From Schizochytrium sp. TIO01 (taxonomy: Eukaryota; Protista; Bigyra: Labyrinthulomycetes): 64,000 nt of DNA. The stretch covers positions 2,356,001 through 2,420,000 of the forward strand of contig SMSO01000034.1 of assembly GCA_004764695.1 (NCBI GenBank), given 5' to 3'. The notes under the pieces are model-generated. The model was not told the DNA's origin, did no database searches, and saw only the letters and a program-made list of their open reading frames with translations. Made by a program: the position numbers and the translations under genes. Below, in pieces: positions 60,184 through 64,000 of this stretch (its first letter is position 1; every line of letters starts with the position of its first letter).

Positions 60184-63100
60184 CTACACACAAGAATCTG
60201 GGATTTCGCCAGCATAGGGAATTGAGTCTGATTTAGTGCTGTCTGTATCTGAGCTGTCCGAGGTGGGAAATCGTACAAGTTCTTCGGGACCAACCTCAAC
60301 ATCACCCTTTTCTTTGGAGAATTTTTCGAGAGTGTCACCCTTCTCGCTAGCAGAAATATCCTGTAGTGCAAACCGGCGTGGGTACATGGTGCTGCCTGAG
60401 GTAACAGAGCTGTGTGCTAGACAAATGCTACCTGGGTGAAGCAGAACCTCACAACCAACGTGAGTAGGGCCCACATCAAAGTACCCATTGGTGAACTGAT
60501 GGCCTGTAACAAAGCTATTGCAATCAATAATCGTCTTTTCCTCAACAGTTATCAGTTGATGCTCACGAATGATACCAGATTGAATAATGACGTCGTTTCC
60601 AATGCGTGCTCCCATAAATCGAGCAAATGCATTATAAAATGGTGTACCATGCGTTACAGGCAATAAAAGATTTTCAAAGTACCATGTGTAAAGCTGATAT
60701 GTGCAGTAAAAGCAGAGTTTGCATGGAAGCTCAAGTAGATCAGGCCGAGTTCCAAGGATGGCAAGTGCCATAAGCTTCTGAACAATGATAAGCGATAACA
60801 TTGCAAGAAAGAAGCTTACTGCAATAAGCGAAATTGCAGCGTCTCGCTGCATGCCAGTTTCGTAAAGGACATAGTTTGCAAATTCGTATGCTGGAACCAA
60901 TGAGAAAACAGTTGCTGTAACAAGAACAATCCTCATGAATAGAGTAATGAGCTCATCAAGCGGACTCCACGTGCTCGACTCTGAGTTACCTTCAATTGGG
61001 AAAATGCCTCCTTGAAATTTACGTTGCCCAGATGGGAGTACTTCTCCGGGTTCCAAAATACTGAGACTACCAAGGCTTGAACCACTCTCAATAACAGCTC
61101 CCCGACCGATGACTGCCATCAACCCTAGCTCAGAGTGATCACCAATCGTGATATAGTCGCGTCTTCCATTAGACTCTGGCTCAACAATAATAGGGCTTGA
61201 CATCACAGAGTTGCCCATCCGAATCATATCAGCATTTGACGGGCAGATCCATCTTAATTCGGAAGACACACAACCCTTACCAATTGATGCACCAAGAGCC
61301 CGAGCATAAAACATGATCGACCGGGTCTCACCTAACAAAACAATCCAAGTTGTGTATACAAGTCCGTACAAGTAATCTGACGTCCAGACACGTACACTAT
61401 GTCTTGCACTCACCAATCCTGGTTTTACACGACCCAACAAAACCCACTTCAGCCCAATCGCGACAAGTGACATTGTAAATCCAGTTACAAGATAGGAGGA
61501 AGCCCATGCAATCAATTGGGCATAACGGAAATGCTCAGGATATCCACAATATTCCCAGATGAGCCAGTTCACGAGTGATGCATTAAAGTATAACACTAGA
61601 AGCAAAACCATGATGGTAAATTTTGCAACCAGTTCATATGCAGTCCAACATAGATCGCCACGAGGGCTGATGTCTGGAACATCAGCTAAGCGCTCGCCTT
61701 CACTAAGAACTTGGAGCGGACCAAGTTGAACGCCCCGACCAACAACGCAACCAGGCATTACCACCGACCCAGAACCTAGCTGACAACCAGCATCGAGTGT
61801 CACCCTGCGGAAGCGTAAAGTTCTATTTTGTGTGTCAAAAACCCTGCAAATCACCATACCTTTAACGTTTGCTGCTGCATTGATTTGCAAAAGGTCAAGA
61901 TCTCGTAACGTAGTTTTTACCTTCGCTGTTGGGGAGATTTTGCCGCCAAGCATGATGTAGACAATATTGATCATAGGTGTATTGAGAATCCAACGTCCCA
62001 CAGCAAGCTCCCACATATGTAACATGCGATCAACAAACCACCAACGCATGTGCGCAATCGAATTAATGCGAATTTCACGAGGAGCCCAGCGGCCGAGAAA
62101 AGACCACTTGATAAGAATAGTGAGGATAGTAAAAGAGAGCAGCCAAATTGGGATTACGAAAGGAACAAGTAAACCGAACATCTTGACTGAATTTGTCACA
62201 TTGTAAGATGTCCACGGCTGAGGCAGATTTGATTCATACCGGATGTAGTAGCCATAGTGATATGCTGGAATAATTGCTACTGACATCGTAAAGAAGATTG
62301 CCCATATCCCGATGAATTGTAGAAAGGTGGCAAAAGGCGAAGGCAGTTCTATTGAGTTTGACATAGGAAGCTCGTCTAAAGTGATGCATTGGGTGCGTTT
62401 TATTTCAACTGCCTCTGCAAGTTTGCGAATTGTTCGATGCTTAGCAATAAAGTCTGGGTCCAAAGGCTCGTCAGATTTTGTCAATCGCTCTAGTTCGGAG
62501 GTAATTTTGACCATTGCCATGGAGCTAATTCCAGCATCGAAAAGATCGTCATCGAGTTGTAATGTTGGAGCTTGAATAGAGCGTTTGACGCATTGAAATA
62601 GCCACTCCATTCTTTCTTCAGGAGTATCCCCTACGTCATCTAACGAATCAAGCTCTCCCTCACTTTCTGGCTCTGGGCTTGCAAACATCTCTGGCCAAAT
62701 TTCCCTTCCATAATTTTCACCTAAGAGATTATCGTTCCCGTTTCGGAGATGCTCACGAATCGTATCACAAGTTGCTTGAAGTGAAGTTGGTGCACACTCT
62801 TGTTCTTGCGACGCATAAAGTCGCATGAACGTTTGTACAATGTCACCACTCTGCCCATTTTGCTTCATGCAAGTTGATGCGTGTTCAAGAGCTGTGTCCA
62901 AAGCATTCATGTTCGAAACCATAGTATCGGTGAAGCAGCTAAAGACATGGCTCGTTTGGGATCCAAGTTGTAGAATGAGAGTGTTCACACGAGCAACGTG
63001 AAACTCCCTGAGGGATGTTGACCCCATTACACTCGGAAGCAGGAGCAAGGCTTGCGTAGATAGGTCTTGCGGAAGGTTATTCTGGGGTCGGTAGCATTCC

Positions 63101-63999
63101 ATGAAAACATAGTTCCATGCTACACAAACCTCAATTATAGACTTGAAGTCATCATCCACAGGCTTGCTTAGCATTTCCTTGACAAGCTTTTCGGCACAGT
63201 TTACTGTCGATGCTCTTGATGTAGCACCTTTCAAAAGTTCGGCATTCATTCCAATGAGAATGTTGAGCTCCATCTCACGTTTTATCTCTTCATCAGACAA
63301 TTGAAAATTGCCAGCCTGAAGGTTCAGGTTTGCACATTTAGCAAGCAGCCCACTCTGGACATAAGCGAACCATGACCGCTGTTTGCAGGCAAGCATCGTT
63401 TCGGGCAATGTCCCAAGGATTCTTGTCAATATCTGGCGAAAAATACCTTGATCATGCTGCATAAGCTGCACAATATCTTCAGCTAAGTAAATATAACTAA
63501 GAACGCCGATGAGGTTATCTTTCCCACTTCCCGGTGGCAATTTAGCTGCGCATACTACTTGGCCAAGAAAACTTGCAAGGGTACTTCGTGTGCTAAGTAT
63601 AGCCTGAAAAGTTTCCACGATAGGAATCAAAGACTCAGGTTCATGCATACAAGGCATAGCTTCAATCGCTTCAACCCCTTCAAGATTCAGCTCTTTGGCA
63701 ATCTGCTGCATCTGCTCTGGCTTAGTAAATAATTCCATCTTCAACATAACATCCATGAAATCATCAATCTCTTCTCGTCCTGCTGCAGCTTGGGGAGCGA
63801 TACTTTGTACGAGGATGGAAAGTTCATTACGAACGTACGAATCTCTTGTGCCTCGGCGCTTGATTTTCCCACTCGTTGTCTTTGGAATGCTTCGAGGCTT
63901 GATGAGAACAATGTCGTACGGCCGAAGGCTGTGCTCACTGATGATGTTAGCACGAATTTGCTCTGCGAGCCCGGTAGCATCCTTAACTTTTGGATCGCG
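60184..63999 (-). CDS. NRPS-like enzyme (5' partial): FAAL-type adenylation domain end, unknown helical domain, carrier domain, Pls/PosA-type terminal region (3x TM pair + hexapeptide beta-helix)
   Basis: The frame stays open from the track ATG (63756) to the window edge and reads ..EHSLRPYDIVLIKPRSIPKTTSGKIKRR (A10 motif in FAAL style). Carrier motif DDDLFDAGISSM..HRTIRKLAEAV at ~62400-62560. Three units: KW.FLGRW/MLGGKIS, KWVLLGRVKPG/ALGASIGKG, FMGARIGNDV. Confidence 0.88.
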   Translation of the reverse strand, partial: RDPKVKDATGLAEQIRANIISEHSLRPYDIVLIKPRSIPKTTSGKIKRRGTRDSYVRNELSILVQSIAPQAAAGREEIDDFMDVMLKMELFTKPEQMQQIAKELNLEGVEAIEAMPCMHEPESLIPIVETFQAILSTRSTLASFLGQVVCAAKLPPGSGKDNLIGVLSYIYLAEDIVQLMQHDQGIFRQILTRILGTLPETMLACKQRSWFAYVQSGLLAKCANLNLQAGNFQLSDEEIKREMELNILIGMNAELLKGATSRASTVNCAEKLVKEMLSKPVDDDFKSIIEVCVAWNYVFMECYRPQNNLPQDLSTQALLLLPSVMGSTSLREFHVARVNTLILQLGSQTSHVFSCFTDTMVSNMNALDTALEHASTCMKQNGQSGDIVQTFMRLYASQEQECAPTSLQATCDTIREHLRNGNDNLLGENYGREIWPEMFASPEPESEGELDSLDDVGDTPEERMEWLFQCVKRSIQAPTLQLDDDLFDAGISSMAMVKITSELERLTKSDEPLDPDFIAKHRTIRKLAEAVEIKRTQCITLDELPMSNSIELPSPFATFLQFIGIWAIFFTMSVAIIPAYHYGYYIRYESNLPQPWTSYNVTNSVKMFGLLVPFVIPIWLLSFTILTILIKWSFLGRWAPREIRINSIAHMRWWFVDRMLHMWELAVGRWILNTPMINIVYIMLGGKISPTAKVKTTLRDLDLLQINAAANVKGMVICRVFDTQNRTLRFRRVTLDAGCQLGSGSVVMPGCVVGRGVQLGPLQVLSEGERLADVPDISPRGDLCWTAYELVAKFTIMVLLLVLYFNASLVNWLIWEYCGYPEHFRYAQLIAWASSYLVTGFTMSLVAIGLKWVLLGRVKPGLVSARHSVRVWTSDYLYGLVYTTWIVLLGETRSIMFYARALGASIGKGCVSSELRWICPSNADMIRMGNSVMSSPIIVEPESNGRRDYITIGDHSELGLMAVIGRGAVIESGSSLGSLSILEPGEVLPSGQRKFQGGIFPIEGNSESSTWSPLDELITLFMRIVLVTATVFSLVPAYEFANYVLYETGMQRDAAISLIAVSFFLAMLSLIIVQKLMALAILGTRPDLLELPCKLCFYCTYQLYTWYFENLLLPVTHGTPFYNAFARFMGARIGNDVIIQSGIIREHQLITVEEKTIIDCNSFVTGHQFTNGYFDVGPTHVGCEVLLHPGSICLAHSSVTSGSTMYPRRFALQDISASEKGDTLEKFSKEKGDVEVGPEELVRFPTSDSSDTDSTKSDSIPYAGEIPDSCV

Positions 64000-64000
64000 A

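Noticed and set aside
63741-63980. 79 aa ORF suggesting a frameshift in the NRPS-like gene
   Set aside because: The main frame is open to the window edge and contains the A10 motif; this ORF is an alternate frame

Overview
Eukaryotic nuclear DNA, with mostly intron-poor genes and microsatellite-rich spacers. A stramenopile, possibly a thraustochytrid/labyrinthulomycete, is my inference from gene style and a PT.SPT linker; I could not verify it. The left half holds UTP20 (split by a +1 frame break), a tandem pair of unknown multi-pass membrane proteins, an ~11 kb stretch with only decayed coding fragments (one histone-fold-like), and a KA1-like/ARM gene. The right half (34-64 kb) is a cell-surface island. 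It carries a membrane C-type lectin, a secreted Hog/Hint self-cleaving protein with an unknown cargo domain and an early in-frame TAA, and an array of 7 intact genes plus 1 pseudogene for single-pass receptor-like proteins. These have a signal peptide, one variable 6-Cys furin/VSP-like module, a TM helix and a Cys cluster; five also carry a shared, unrecognised, possibly PH-like cytoplasmic domain. Two copies share a ~99% identical ~1.1 kb upstream+signal-peptide block whose identity stops at the predicted signal cleavage site. The window ends in a FAAL-type adenylation / carrier / Pls-like terminal-domain NRPS-like gene that runs off the right edge. No rRNA, tRNA or CRISPR was seen. All family calls are from motif recognition by eye, not database searches.
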